Shown here piece by piece: positions 30,069 to 39,755 of a DNA stretch of 64,000 bases. How positions within the stretch are numbered: the first letter of the stretch is position 1; every line of letters starts with the position of its first letter. The DNA comes from an uncultured delta proteobacterium (lineage in GTDB: Bacteria; Desulfobacterota; Desulfobacteria; Desulfobacterales; B30-G6). The translations under genes were made by a program, and so were the position numbers. The stretch lies in NCBI GenBank assembly GCA_963823335.1, contig CAWGLD010000005.1, forward strand, positions 64,001 to 128,000. Reading direction: 5' to 3'. The notes below the pieces were generated by a model that saw nothing but the letters and a program-made list of their open reading frames with translations, was not told where the DNA came from and made no database searches.

Positions 30069-30359
30069 ATGAGTGCATATATTGTTGTTGACACCAAGAT
30101 AAACAATCCAGAGATATATGAAGAGTATAAAAAACTTGCGAAGCCCATCGCTGAAAAATACGGAGGTGTTTATCGAGTTAGAGGTGGAGCGATGGATGTT
30201 AGGCAAACTGAGCTTTGGACGCCCACCAGGATCGTAATTATCGAATTTCCTGATGTTAAAAGCGCGCAGGCATTTGCAGACTCAGATGAATATGCTCCGG
30301 TAAAATCTATGCGTTTAAAAAATGCCGAATGCACGTTATTTATCGTGGATGGAGGGTAA
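30069..30359 (+). CDS. DUF1330 domain protein
   Basis: MSAYIVVD...PE.YEEY....P..EKYGG....GG, RIVIIEFP...A..F..S.EY; AAGGAGG RBS. Confidence 0.88.
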   Translation: MSAYIVVDTKINNPEIYEEYKKLAKPIAEKYGGVYRVRGGAMDVRQTELWTPTRIVIIEFPDVKSAQAFADSDEYAPVKSMRLKNAECTLFIVDGG

Positions 30360-30600
30360 CCGACAACGACTCTACCAAGATGTATACATCGCACGGTACG
30401 GTCCAGGGTTATAACAGCCAGGCGATCGTCGACTCCAAACACCAGGTGATCGTTCATGGTGAGGCTCTTGGGAGGGGCCCGGACAACGAAAATCTACCAC
30501 CGGTATTGGATGGAGCCAAAGAGAATCTTCAAAGCATCGGCAAGCCCCCGGATTATTTTGAAGACAAGATCCTAACGGCTGATTCAAGCTATCACAGCAT
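30356..30600 (+). pseudogene. internal fragment of an IS1182-family-like DDE transposase
   Basis: TDNDSTKMYTSHGTVQGYNSQAIVDSKHQVIV ... LTADSSYHS; both ends missing. Confidence 0.75.
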
Positions 30601-30864
30601 AGCGGAGCGTGCAAGGTGTGTCGAATGTAGAGTCTTAGTGATTGGATTAGCCAACAGGTTATTGCGTTGGTGATGGTGATGGTGCCATGCAATAAATCAG
30701 GCTTATGCAGGCGGTCGGAAATGGCTCTAAGTAAGAGTTAATTACCACCGGACTGACGATGAGCAGGGCAATAAACAGATGACCCGGTTATGAATCAGAA
30801 AGCGGCAAAGAGCGGTGACCCAACCGTCTATCTTTTCGAAAAACTCACAAGAGAGAAAGTAACC

Positions 30865-32031
30865 ATGACTCCACAGAAACGAGTAAGTACGACTGTACCA
30901 TTGAACTGGAAAGAAGTGTGGTTCACCAACTGCCCCATGGTATCTGCCAACAACGTCGACCAGGAACTGGGATGGTGCCGTGAAGAGTACAAGAAGATCG
31001 GCGTCGAGTACGCCTACTTCCGCCATGCACCGGAGAACAACTGGTACCCGCACTACATCCACAATCTCGACAATCTCATCCGATTCGGCGGTTTGTATCC
31101 CCCGATCCATGTTCACGCCGACTACCGTCGAACCAAACTGCTCGGGGCCACCTGGGTCTACGAAGGTGGTGGTTTGATCGTGCGCGCCCGCGACAGAATC
31201 TTCCGCGTGAAGGATCTGAAAGGGAAGAAGATCGGCATCTCCAAGAGCCTGAACACGATCAAGAACGACTGGTGGCGGATTCAGGAACACATGGCCATCG
31301 AAAATATCCTGATGCTGAACGACATGACCATGGACGATATAGAGCTCGTAGAGTTCCCCTACCCGGATGACTGGTATGACAAACCCGAGATGCTGACCCC
31401 GCCGATGAACAACCCCTCTGAGCTGTGGATGCGTCGCGACCACAAGCACGATCTGGCTTTCCGCCCGCTGGAAACGGCGCTCCTGGATGGCACCGTCGAT
31501 GCCATCTACACCCAGAGCAAGGTCTTCCAGCACCTCCAGGAGGCAACAGGTAAGATCAAGATGATTGTGGACCTGGCCAAGCTACCGGACTGGACCTTGC
31601 AGGTTGCCAACACCCCCGCCGTCATCACCTGTACCGAGGTGATGGCCAAGGAGCACCCCGAGCTGGTGATCGCCTACATGAAGGCCATGATCAAGGTCGG
31701 CCGTTGGGCCAACGAGCACAAACGCGCTGCTGCAGCGATTCTCAACCGGCAGACTTTCTACCTGGATGCCGAGGACACATACCAAGGCATCAAGCACGTC
31801 GATATGGTCCCAAGCCTGAGTGCTCAGAATTTGGAATGCATCAATATCGGCAAAGATTTCATGTTCAGCCACGGCTACATCAAGAACGACTTCAATGTGA
31901 ACGAATGGGCGGCCCCGGAGTTTCTGGAGAAGGCGGCGATGGAAGTGCTCAAGGAGGAATGGGAAAGAAGAAGCTGGAGCAAGCTTCCTCAAGGAGGTGG
32001 GCTCGAGGTAGATGGCGCACGGCTCGGGTAG
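30865..32031 (+). CDS. DszB-like / sulfonate-type substrate-binding-fold protein
   Basis: WFTNCP motif resembling the DszB YSNCP catalytic Cys, DLKGKKIG, AL.DG.VDA, HPELV..Y, W..PEFL; no signal peptide; GC-rich codons. Confidence 0.7.
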   Translation: MTPQKRVSTTVPLNWKEVWFTNCPMVSANNVDQELGWCREEYKKIGVEYAYFRHAPENNWYPHYIHNLDNLIRFGGLYPPIHVHADYRRTKLLGATWVYEGGGLIVRARDRIFRVKDLKGKKIGISKSLNTIKNDWWRIQEHMAIENILMLNDMTMDDIELVEFPYPDDWYDKPEMLTPPMNNPSELWMRRDHKHDLAFRPLETALLDGTVDAIYTQSKVFQHLQEATGKIKMIVDLAKLPDWTLQVANTPAVITCTEVMAKEHPELVIAYMKAMIKVGRWANEHKRAAAAILNRQTFYLDAEDTYQGIKHVDMVPSLSAQNLECINIGKDFMFSHGYIKNDFNVNEWAAPEFLEKAAMEVLKEEWERRSWSKLPQGGGLEVDGARLG

Positions 32032-32133
32032 TCTGGACAAAACGTAACTGAAAACCTGCGGCGCTTTTTTTCGGATTTGGTCATCGGATGCGAAAAAGTG
32101 CCGCTCTCACAACTCAAGTCAAAGGAGAATGCC

Positions 32134-33402
32134 ATGAAGAAATATGGCCTCAGTGTGTTCATTTCAATGGTGTTCACAATTCTGGTTGTCACGTCGGCCC
32201 ACGCCGGCGGGATGTGGTTAGACGGTCAGGCAATCCCCGACATGGGGGTGGGGGGGGCAGGCCGCCAGGCGGCGGGGCTGGATGCTTCCACCGCCAGCGG
32301 CAACCCGGCCGCCATGACGCGCCTGGACCAATCCCAGGTGGCAGGCGGTATCATGGGCATCTATCCCGATGTCCAGTTCGATGTCCAAAATTCCACTTTC
32401 GGGGGCGGTGACGGCGGCAACGCCGGCAATTTCACCCCCGTACCGACGCTGTATTACGTGCACAGTCTGAGTTCGGATTTAAAACTGGGACTGGGGGTGG
32501 GGTCTTATTTTGGTCTGGGCCTCGATTACGGTAATGACTGGGCCGGCAGGTATTACGTTCAAAGCGCCAGCTATGAGACGGTGGCAATCAACCCCACCAT
32601 CGCCTATCGGATCGCTCCGTGGCTGTCGGTTGGCGGCGGCGCCAACATCGTCAGAGGTGAGATGAGCGCAAGGGTGGCTGTCAACACACTCCTGGAACCG
32701 GGCGACGGGCGACTCAAGTACGATGCCACGGACGTGGGCTACGGGTTCAACCTCGGGGCACTGTTCGAATTTAGTTCCCGGACCCGCCTGGGCATCACCT
32801 ATATCTCGGAAGTCGACCTGGACTTCAAGGACGACCTGCGCTTCAAAAACCTGAATGGCACGTTACTGGGGGCTGCTCTGGAGGCAAACGGGCTGATGGA
32901 TTCCCGGTTGAAAATCGACTCCACCATTCCCAGTCAAGTGGCTTTGGGGGTCTATCACGCCTTCACCGACAAGCTCGCCATGGTGGGCTCGGTCAACTGG
33001 CAGGACTGGAGTAAATTTGGCGTGCCCGAAATCGCAGTGGCAGACAGCGACACGACCACGGCAGACCTGGACTACCAGGACACCTATCATGTGGGTCTGG
33101 GGGTCTATTACCGCGTGGAAGATTCCTGGCTGCTGATGGCCGGCTTCGGCTATGACAGCTCACCTATATCCAGCAGCAAAGATCGTTCTCCCACGCTGCC
33201 TTTTGACGAAACCTACAGCTATTCCGGCGGTGTGCAGTACGACTGGACCGGTAATTTTTCAATAGGTGCCGCCTACACGTTGATAGCTTCGGGCAAAGGC
33301 GAGGTGAACAAAACCGGCGGGCCGCTTCAGAGGGACCTCAAAGGGGAGTACGACACTTACTTCATTCACGCTTTTAACCTGAACTTTGTTTACCGGTTCT
33401 AA
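32134..33402 (+). CDS. OmpP1/FadL/TodX family outer-membrane channel
   Basis: Signal peptide AHA-GG, DAST...NPAAMT, FGL..DY..W.GRY, INPT.AY, C-terminal YRF. Confidence 0.88.
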   Translation: MKKYGLSVFISMVFTILVVTSAHAGGMWLDGQAIPDMGVGGAGRQAAGLDASTASGNPAAMTRLDQSQVAGGIMGIYPDVQFDVQNSTFGGGDGGNAGNFTPVPTLYYVHSLSSDLKLGLGVGSYFGLGLDYGNDWAGRYYVQSASYETVAINPTIAYRIAPWLSVGGGANIVRGEMSARVAVNTLLEPGDGRLKYDATDVGYGFNLGALFEFSSRTRLGITYISEVDLDFKDDLRFKNLNGTLLGAALEANGLMDSRLKIDSTIPSQVALGVYHAFTDKLAMVGSVNWQDWSKFGVPEIAVADSDTTTADLDYQDTYHVGLGVYYRVEDSWLLMAGFGYDSSPISSSKDRSPTLPFDETYSYSGGVQYDWTGNFSIGAAYTLIASGKGEVNKTGGPLQRDLKGEYDTYFIHAFNLNFVYRF

Positions 33403-33541
33403 GATGGGCATGATGTTATTGATAAGGGAAAAAAAGTATTTATCTGATTTTGTCCCTGACGATGGCGACCGGTCTGTTAACCATAGCCTGGGGGAAGAAA
33501 CGGATAAAAACAACAAGGAGCGGTTTCAAATAGTTGAATGA

Positions 33542-33711
33542 CTCCAACAAAACGGTAGATATCAACCCCCTAAGATTTCACCGGTGTGCGAAAATAATCA
33601 CAACTGGCCATATCTTGCACTCATAAGACCCTATGTGGTACCGTGGGCATAACCAGATGGTATCGGCAATAATTTTGATGAGGCTGATAACTGGACTTGT
33701 CTCCATGTATC
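33542..33711 (+). repeat. island intergenic module, copy 3 (intron-free target TCTCCATGTA|TC)
   Basis: Same conserved blocks as copies 1 and 2. Confidence 0.9.
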
Positions 33712-33716
33712 TGTGA

Positions 33717-33774
33717 TCCCAACCTGTCGCTGGTGGCGGACTCGGTCCCCTCGCCGCGAAGCTTGTCGTTAAAT
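33717..33774 (+). other. attC-like recombination site (58 bp)
   Basis: TCCCAAC ... GTTAAAT ends; imperfect inner palindrome GCTGGTGGCGGA / TCGCCGCGAAGC; ORF starts 17 nt later. Confidence 0.55.
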
Positions 33775-33791
33775 GCTTATTAAGGCCAATT

Positions 33792-34268
33792 ATGGAAAAA
33801 GAATCAAATGATAGTGCGGCTATTCGTATACCGCCGCCGCTATATTTCTTTGCATGTTTGGGAATTGGTCTTTTGTTGGAATACCTTTTCCCCATTCATC
33901 TCGCCAGTATTTCATTAATCCCTCGGGTTGTCGTCGGCGGAACATTTATACTTATATCCATCTATTTTGCATTGAGTGGATTTGTTGCGCTGATCAAGAA
34001 TAGGACTCCATTTGACACTGCAAAATCTACCAATAAGATAGTGCAAGAGGGTCCATATCGTTTTTCTCGAAATCCATTGTACCTATCACTACTGCTTCTA
34101 TTATTTGGGTTTTCAGTTTTACTTGTGTCTCTCTGGCTACTCTTTACACTACCGATTCTCTATATTCTTTTCTTATTCAAAGCTGTGAAACCTGAAGAAA
34201 GCTATCTGTCACAAAAATTTGGAGAAGAATACTTAGATTATTCGTCAAAAGTAAAAAGATGGATTTAA
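33792..34268 (+). CDS. isoprenylcysteine carboxylmethyltransferase/PEMT family membrane protein
   Basis: RIPPP, GPYRFSRNPLY, PEE.YL..KFGEEY..Y..KVKRWI. Confidence 0.9.
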   Translation: MEKESNDSAAIRIPPPLYFFACLGIGLLLEYLFPIHLASISLIPRVVVGGTFILISIYFALSGFVALIKNRTPFDTAKSTNKIVQEGPYRFSRNPLYLSLLLLLFGFSVLLVSLWLLFTLPILYILFLFKAVKPEESYLSQKFGEEYLDYSSKVKRWI

Positions 34269-34381
34269 ATAAATACCCCAGAAAGTGAAAGATTAATATT
34301 CCAACTTAGAGCGGTCATGTCTAATCAATGAAACACCTAACAAAGGACAGCAGATTACCCCAGTCGTACGAATCCAAGTAG

Positions 34382-34462
34382 CTCCAACACATTGGTAGAT
34401 TTCAGATTCCAAAATACTAATGATTTTGGTTTTATTTCAAAACCTATCGACATTGTTGGTTA
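34382..34462 (+). other. second attC-like imperfect hairpin
   Basis: CTCCAACA..GGTAGATTT pairs imperfectly with AAACCTATCG..TGTTGG; inner CCAAAAT/ATTTTGG stem; lies between two cassette-sized ORFs. Confidence 0.4.
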
Positions 34463-34489
34463 TGAGTTCGATAGGGGAGTAAATAGAAG

Positions 34490-35071
34490 GTGATGGAAAT
34501 GAAGAGTTCTGTGCTCATTATTTTGAGCCACCAAATTGTCTTTCAAGGCATGTTCTTTGCAAAAAACATCTTGCTTCGTCAAAGATTGGGGATGCAGGTT
34601 AGAGGGAGAAATCGAGAAGCCAGCTTATCGATTGTGTTCTTAGGTTTTTTCATCACTGTTTCTTTTCTATTTAGTTCGTTCAACGTCTCATTTGGAACCG
34701 TAGGTCTAATATCGAAAAGTGTTGCAACGGCCACAGCAATAGTACTCCTTGCTGTGAATATTTTGATAGGAGCAGCATCATTGATAGGATTGAAGGATTC
34801 ATGGCGTGTGGGCATATTGGAGGATCAACAAACTGATCTGATAGAAGGAGGTATATATCATTTCTCAAGGAATCCCTACTTTCTCTCCTATCTGATTATG
34901 CTTGCTGCTTACACAGTTCTCCTACAGAATATCATACTCCTTATTCTATCGTTATTGGGATTTGTTTTCATCCATAGGATGGTGTTGAAAGAAGAACAAC
35001 ATCTCACAGAGCAACACGGGGATATTTATCGCCTATATCTGAAAAAGGTCCCAAGATACTTCATTATTTGA
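34490..35071 (+). CDS. isoprenylcysteine carboxylmethyltransferase/PEMT family membrane protein
   Basis: SWRVGI, GIY.FSRNPYF, EE.HL...HG..Y..Y...VPRY. Confidence 0.88.
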   Translation: MMEMKSSVLIILSHQIVFQGMFFAKNILLRQRLGMQVRGRNREASLSIVFLGFFITVSFLFSSFNVSFGTVGLISKSVATATAIVLLAVNILIGAASLIGLKDSWRVGILEDQQTDLIEGGIYHFSRNPYFLSYLIMLAAYTVLLQNIILLILSLLGFVFIHRMVLKEEQHLTEQHGDIYRLYLKKVPRYFII

Positions 35072-35431
35072 ATTTTCTTTTGACTTCATGCCCACGAAAT
35101 ATGGGATCTGAGAACCGTTGATCCAACTCATCAACGGTGAAAAGGGTTTCTGAAAACTTGTGATAGCTGCACGTGGCGTCTTTGATACTTGAGGATGTAC
35201 GGGATTATTAGGGGTAGCGCTATCATCTGGGGTTGATATTTTGTCTGAAATTTGGGATACAACAGTCCTAAGCACTAACACACATTCGGCACCTAACCAG
35301 ATGGAGTTGATTTAAATTATGCTGTGTTTACAACACATTGGAAGGGTAGGGTAGCCTCAAAATTCCGTGTCTCCCCTTCGGCACCACTTTTTTATTAACT
35401 ATCTGATCTAACTTCTAATATAAAACCTCAA

Positions 35432-35507
35432 TCCAAACCGGATATTTGTCTGATGCAAAGTATAAGGCTTGGTAACTTGCTGGTCAAGTCCAGGGGCTGT
35501 TCAGATA
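35432..35507 (+). pseudogene. second DUF6538-type integrase remnant after the att repeat
   Basis: 76 bp closely matching 25594-25669 (TCCAAACCGGATAT.TGTCTGATGCAAAGTATAAGGCT...GTTCAGATA) with an in-frame TAA. Confidence 0.8.
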
Positions 35508-35522
35508 TATAGCTACCGCATG

Positions 35523-35670
35523 CTAGAAGCTATCTCAAAAAAGTTTTTTGGCTCAATTTCTGTGTTGGTCCCTTGCTTCAACTCCTCGGAATACTTCAGT
35601 ATGCCTGCGGGTTGAAGTTCGGGTCCGCCTTGAACTTCAACCAAAACCCTTTTTTTGAGATGGCTTCTAG
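35523..35670. mobile_element. MITE-like element, copy 2 (148 bp, inverted relative to 8795-8940)
   Basis: CTAGAAGCTATCTCAAAAAA ... TTTTTTGAGATGGCTTCTAG TIRs; shared interior (TTCAACCCGCAGG, GAGGAGTTGAA, AACACAGA on the minus strand). Confidence 0.8.
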
Positions 35671-35693
35671 TCATTTTCATTGGATGATATATT

Positions 35694-36509
35694 CTAATCC
35701 ACAATCCTCAGCTTATGCGTATCTTTTAGTTTCTTCCATATCTTCACAACAATCGCCATCGCAGGATTGGAGTCATCCAAACCTTCTTCTTCACAAAACT
35801 GCAAACACGATTCCTTGAGGGCTTCATTAACCGACCAGACCTCCAATTGCTGTTTGATATACCTGGCGAGAGTCAGATGAAATGGAACAAGGTCCTCTTT
35901 TGATAAATTTCCCAGAATCGAACGATCCCTGAGATCCATTTCGTTGATGATATCTACAGCGGCCTCATCAACCGTTTTTGGCATATCTGATGGATGTTCA
36001 ACATCGTTCCATTTTCTGGCTTTATGAATAAAGTTATTTTCAGAAAGACATACGAATAAAACAGATTCGATAATATCCAGTGTCGATTGATAGATTTTGG
36101 AGTCTTTACTTGCCCTTGGGCCAGCTACATTTAAAGTCTTTATGTCGTAATCCACAATCCAGTTGTTGATCTGGACAGCGGCATCAAACGGTGTAATGAT
36201 GGAGAGATTAATATGGAGCATTGACTTACCATACTTCAGGGCCATCTTTTCGGTGTGCTCAGAATCACCAGTAATCATCCCATGTGACAGAATGAGCGTA
36301 CCATCCGACTCCCGGATGTTCTTTTTGGTTCTTTCAGGATAGGAGTCTGTGTGCATTTCGATGAGGTTGTATTTATCTGACAGGGGGCCATTTTCAGTTA
36401 GACGACCCTTGGGTAACCAACCACCATGAGGTATGCCCAGTTTGATTGCGGCATCCAGTGCTCCTTGAGCAGCACCAGTTTGTCCACCTGATATTATCTT
36501 TTCAATCAT
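35694..36509 (-). CDS. putative molybdenum carrier (SLOG-like) protein with a C-terminal extension
   Basis: KIISGGQTG, GGW.PKGR..E.G, Y.ERT.KN..SDGTL, LNVAGPRAS. Confidence 0.85.
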   Translation of the reverse strand: MIEKIISGGQTGAAQGALDAAIKLGIPHGGWLPKGRLTENGPLSDKYNLIEMHTDSYPERTKKNIRESDGTLILSHGMITGDSEHTEKMALKYGKSMLHINLSIITPFDAAVQINNWIVDYDIKTLNVAGPRASKDSKIYQSTLDIIESVLFVCLSENNFIHKARKWNDVEHPSDMPKTVDEAAVDIINEMDLRDRSILGNLSKEDLVPFHLTLARYIKQQLEVWSVNEALKESCLQFCEEEGLDDSNPAMAIVVKIWKKLKDTHKLRIVD

Positions 36510-37018
36510 GGTTCTACTGACTGGGCTATGAGGGGTTCAAAAAAATTCTTGATATGATCGTCAGTTACAATGCCTATTCTTTTTGCCAGCTTTGGTGATA
36601 GGACGGTGAAATCACCCTTTGATTTTGCACACAGTTCATCCTTTTGGTTGAAAAGGAAACCCTCAACTAAAGCCGTTCGTTTTCCATTAAAATCTATCAC
36701 CCTTCCTTCAGCCCTCAGCTTTTCACCAACACGAACCGCTTTGATAAAATCGACCGTCATTGAGGTTGTTAGGGAAACTTTCTTAAGGAGATGTAATGCA
36801 GCCCAACTCATTATCTCGTCAAGGATCGTGGAAACAATTCCACCATGCGCGATCTTTTTCCATCCACCCATGTGTTCAGGTATTGATGGCCAAGAGTAAA
36901 CAGTCTCTTCGTTGGAAAAAAATTTCATTTGCAGGCCAAGACTATTGGTCGGGCTGCATCCGAAACAGGTATTGGTATCGGTGTTGAGAATCTCTTTGAA
37001 AATTGTATTGTTATCCAT
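36506..37018 (-). CDS. PaaI family thioesterase
   Basis: CFGC...N..GL, HGG...ILDE hotdog motif; start uncertain. Confidence 0.88.
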   Translation of the reverse strand: MDNNTIFKEILNTDTNTCFGCSPTNSLGLQMKFFSNEETVYSWPSIPEHMGGWKKIAHGGIVSTILDEIMSWAALHLLKKVSLTTSMTVDFIKAVRVGEKLRAEGRVIDFNGKRTALVEGFLFNQKDELCAKSKGDFTVLSPKLAKRIGIVTDDHIKNFFEPLIAQSVEP

Positions 37019-37211
37019 GGTGTTCATCCTTTTGTTATAGAAAACTACGAACATCACACATCCCATTAAGTTTCTTTACAGTCTGATCATTCAGTAGTCA
37101 ATGCTTTGGCGTATTGATTATGGTCAGCTACATCTGAGGATTCTTTAAAAGTGGGCATGTTTCAGTGTTCCAGCAGGCACATCTGGTGAAGGTTAGTGTC
37201 TCAGTGAATGC

Positions 37212-37400
37212 TTGGTTGGTCATGGCACCTATGCCGAACGTTCCGAAAAGGACCTGGCCGCAGGCAAATGCGATCTCATTGCCGTAGGACGGCCTTTTCT
37301 TGTGACTCCCGACCTGGTGGAGCGTTGGAAAACCGGCGCGGATGTTAATGCTCCGGACATGGATACATTTTATACACCTGGAGCCAAAGGCTATACCGAC
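37212..37400 (+). pseudogene. C-terminal fragment of an Old Yellow Enzyme-like alkene reductase
   Basis: DLIAVGRPFL.TPDLVER....N.PD..TFY..G.KGYTD; no N-terminus; cut at the GYTD motif. Confidence 0.75.
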
Positions 37401-37540
37401 ATTGTGTCTAAACGTCCAAGGCAACATGGACGGTTTCGAGGACTACATCCTAATAAGTTTAGAAATATCAACATCTTAACAGCAGCTGGAATACCCATTT
37501 TGTGATACTGTTTTCCGATGGCCGATCTAATGGCTGATGA

Positions 37541-37569
37541 TTGACAAACCCGAACGATAAGGATATGAT
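37541..37569 (+). promoter_or_regulatory. sigma70-type promoter (TTGACA-N17-TATGAT)
   Basis: Perfect -35, 17-nt spacer, 5/6 -10; about 270 nt upstream of the GAF gene. Confidence 0.55.
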
Positions 37570-37841
37570 TGATTTTAATCTTTCTGACTCTCTATTTCCA
37601 CCTTGTATGAAGCGTAAAGCAGTTCTCGATACGCTGACCGAATCTTGTTTCCCATCGAATTTTCGCACCAGTGAGCAAACCATATACACTCGTCATACTC
37701 CAGGTAACACCTATCTGTAGATGATGGCCAACCGCCATCATTGTGCCAATCAAATTATTTTTAGTGTATCATCGCTACGGATGCTCTGGTCTTGTCCGGT
37801 TCTATTTAGGACTATAACAAATAAACAAAGGAGGTAACATC

Positions 37842-38414
37842 ATGGAAAAACAAATAAAGAATTATGAGACCATGCTTAGGGTTGCAAAATCAATCTCGCA
37901 CTCCAAGGACCCAGAAGAAGTTGCCTTAATGACAGTAGATAGTATTAAGACTGCTTTGGGTGTCAAAGGCTGTTCTTTATTTCTATTCAATCGGAAAACA
38001 AATGAACTGGAGTTGGCAACCTCATTCGGGTTGAGCGATGAATACATAAATAAAGGTCCTGTGAGTGCACTTCGCTCTGTTGCCCAATCTTTGGAGGATG
38101 GTCCAGTGGCGATTTATGATGTTATGGATGATCCCAGAATCCAGTATCCTAAAGAAGCGCATGAAGAAGGAATATCCTCCATACTATCCGTACCTATAGT
38201 TGTCGGGGGAAAACTGATGGGGGCAATGCGGGTTTATACCTCTGAACCTTGGGAGTTCACGTTAGATGATGTAAATTTTGTTCAGGCGCTGGCGCAAATA
38301 GCTGGAGGGGCAATAAATATGGCCAGATATGTTAAAGGATTAAAAAGCAGCATTGACGTTTTAAAAACAATGAGGGATGTTCAGATCCAGCGATCTACGA
38401 GAAGCACCCCTTAG
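37842..38414 (+). CDS. stand-alone GAF domain protein
   Basis: AAGGAGG RBS; GLS.EY..KG, D...DPR.QY...A..EGI.SILSVP. Confidence 0.88.
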   Translation: MEKQIKNYETMLRVAKSISHSKDPEEVALMTVDSIKTALGVKGCSLFLFNRKTNELELATSFGLSDEYINKGPVSALRSVAQSLEDGPVAIYDVMDDPRIQYPKEAHEEGISSILSVPIVVGGKLMGAMRVYTSEPWEFTLDDVNFVQALAQIAGGAINMARYVKGLKSSIDVLKTMRDVQIQRSTRSTP

Positions 38415-38449
38415 CTAAAAATACTGTTTTCAAATATGAAATGTCCGGG

Positions 38450-39403
38450 TTAAACTGCAACACCGTATTTATCCAGGATGAACGTCAGGTTGTTGATGGC
38501 GTTCTCATACTTGATTTTTCCGTAGTTGTAGTAATCGAACTCGATCTTTGAAACATTGAGTTGGATAAGGCTCCATAAAAACCAGTAGATGTCCGGAAAG
38601 GGTTTGAAGAGATCGACGAAGAAGAGGGTCCGATCTATTTTTTTCCCGCTGCAGTAGGCTTTTATGATATCCTTTTCTACGTCACGGGGCACGAGAACTT
38701 CCTGAAACATATCGGCAATGTCGTAGTATTTCGGGGCCATGCCACCATACTCCCAGTCGATGAGATACATGGCAGCATCGTATTTGTGGGCGGCCTCATC
38801 CTTGATGAGGATGAAATTGTCTGCCAGCAGATCGTTGTGGCAGGGGGTGTATTCAGATTCTGGAATATTGATGATGCTCGACAGCTTGATAAGTCTCTGG
38901 ATGGTGCCTGGGACATCGAATTCCGGATATTCGACATTGAGTTGTCGCAGGACAACGGACATTTTCATGACCTCCAGCAGGGGGTTGAATATTCGTTTGA
39001 GTTTGACCCCGCTGGTGTGAATTTTCCGGATCGGATCGACGATTTTTGGATGCAGTTTTTTATCTAAAAAATGATCGTTGGTCAATACAATGGCATCATC
39101 AATGAATTCAACGATGGTTACACCTTTTTCGGGCATGAATTTTACGAGCCGTGACCCCACGCCGATTTCTGCCATTTCCCGGATGGTGTGGGCCTCATAT
39201 TCACGGTCGATAAAAAGGTCGGTCTTGTCCCCATATACCCGGACGGTACAATCGCCTTTTTCAGACTGGATTCGATAGAGTTTGTTGGTAATACCACCAC
39301 TCAGGGTGGAAATTTTTACGTCGAGACCTTGCCACTCGGGCAACAATTCATAGCAGATGTCTTGGGTGAATTCTGTCTCTAAAAGGCTTATGGCTGCAGG
39401 CAT
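38450..39403 (-). CDS. choline/ethanolamine kinase family phosphotransferase
   Basis: LSGGITN, VRVYG..T..FIDR..E, PCHNDLL..N (Brenner motif), LIDWEY. Confidence 0.9.
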   Translation of the reverse strand: MPAAISLLETEFTQDICYELLPEWQGLDVKISTLSGGITNKLYRIQSEKGDCTVRVYGDKTDLFIDREYEAHTIREMAEIGVGSRLVKFMPEKGVTIVEFIDDAIVLTNDHFLDKKLHPKIVDPIRKIHTSGVKLKRIFNPLLEVMKMSVVLRQLNVEYPEFDVPGTIQRLIKLSSIINIPESEYTPCHNDLLADNFILIKDEAAHKYDAAMYLIDWEYGGMAPKYYDIADMFQEVLVPRDVEKDIIKAYCSGKKIDRTLFFVDLFKPFPDIYWFLWSLIQLNVSKIEFDYYNYGKIKYENAINNLTFILDKYGVAV

Positions 39404-39755
39404 GCTGGTTCCCCTTTTTCAGGTTTAGATCAGTATACGTTTGGGTATTATGATGAGCGCCAGGAAGTCATCCCACCAGATTAGGTGTCACGATGACCAT
39501 ACAAACATTTTAAAGAAGTTTATATAAATGGGGGTATAAAATGAGTCAATCTCTTTTTTGAAATTTACAGTCACCGAGGTCGGTCTGATCTATCGATAGC
39601 CATGGGAAACTGATAGACATTGCCGACTATATCGTTTATTATCACCAAAGTATTTGTGCATTTTTCCTGGAGGTGAGGTTGATAGCTAAAGACAAAGTTT
39701 CTTGTGGCATTGGCGCCCATCTCTAAAAATCATTTAAGGTGGGAGGATCATCATC

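Larger units (their letters stand above)
25315..35393. mobile_element. degenerate tRNA-Leu-integrated genomic island (~10 kb) bounded by 24-bp direct repeats
   Basis: TCTCCCCTTCGGCACCACTTTTTT at 25315-25338 and 35370-35393; integrase N-terminal remnant next to the tRNA; mosaic cargo. Confidence 0.85.

Noticed and set aside
30742-31533. 263-aa minus-strand ORF
   Set aside because: Shadow of a GC-rich gene with strong codon bias
27229-33711. Module repeats as a CRISPR array or a coding repeat
   Set aside because: Units exceed 130 bp and lie kilobases apart, with no cas genes. The shared minus-strand frame has a stop in copy 3, and the YCRYHLV resemblance to IS200 TnpA does not extend
35033-35281. 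82-aa minus-strand ORF near the right att
   Set aside because: No motif, and it overlaps the ICMT gene end; cannot support it as a gene or integrase remnant
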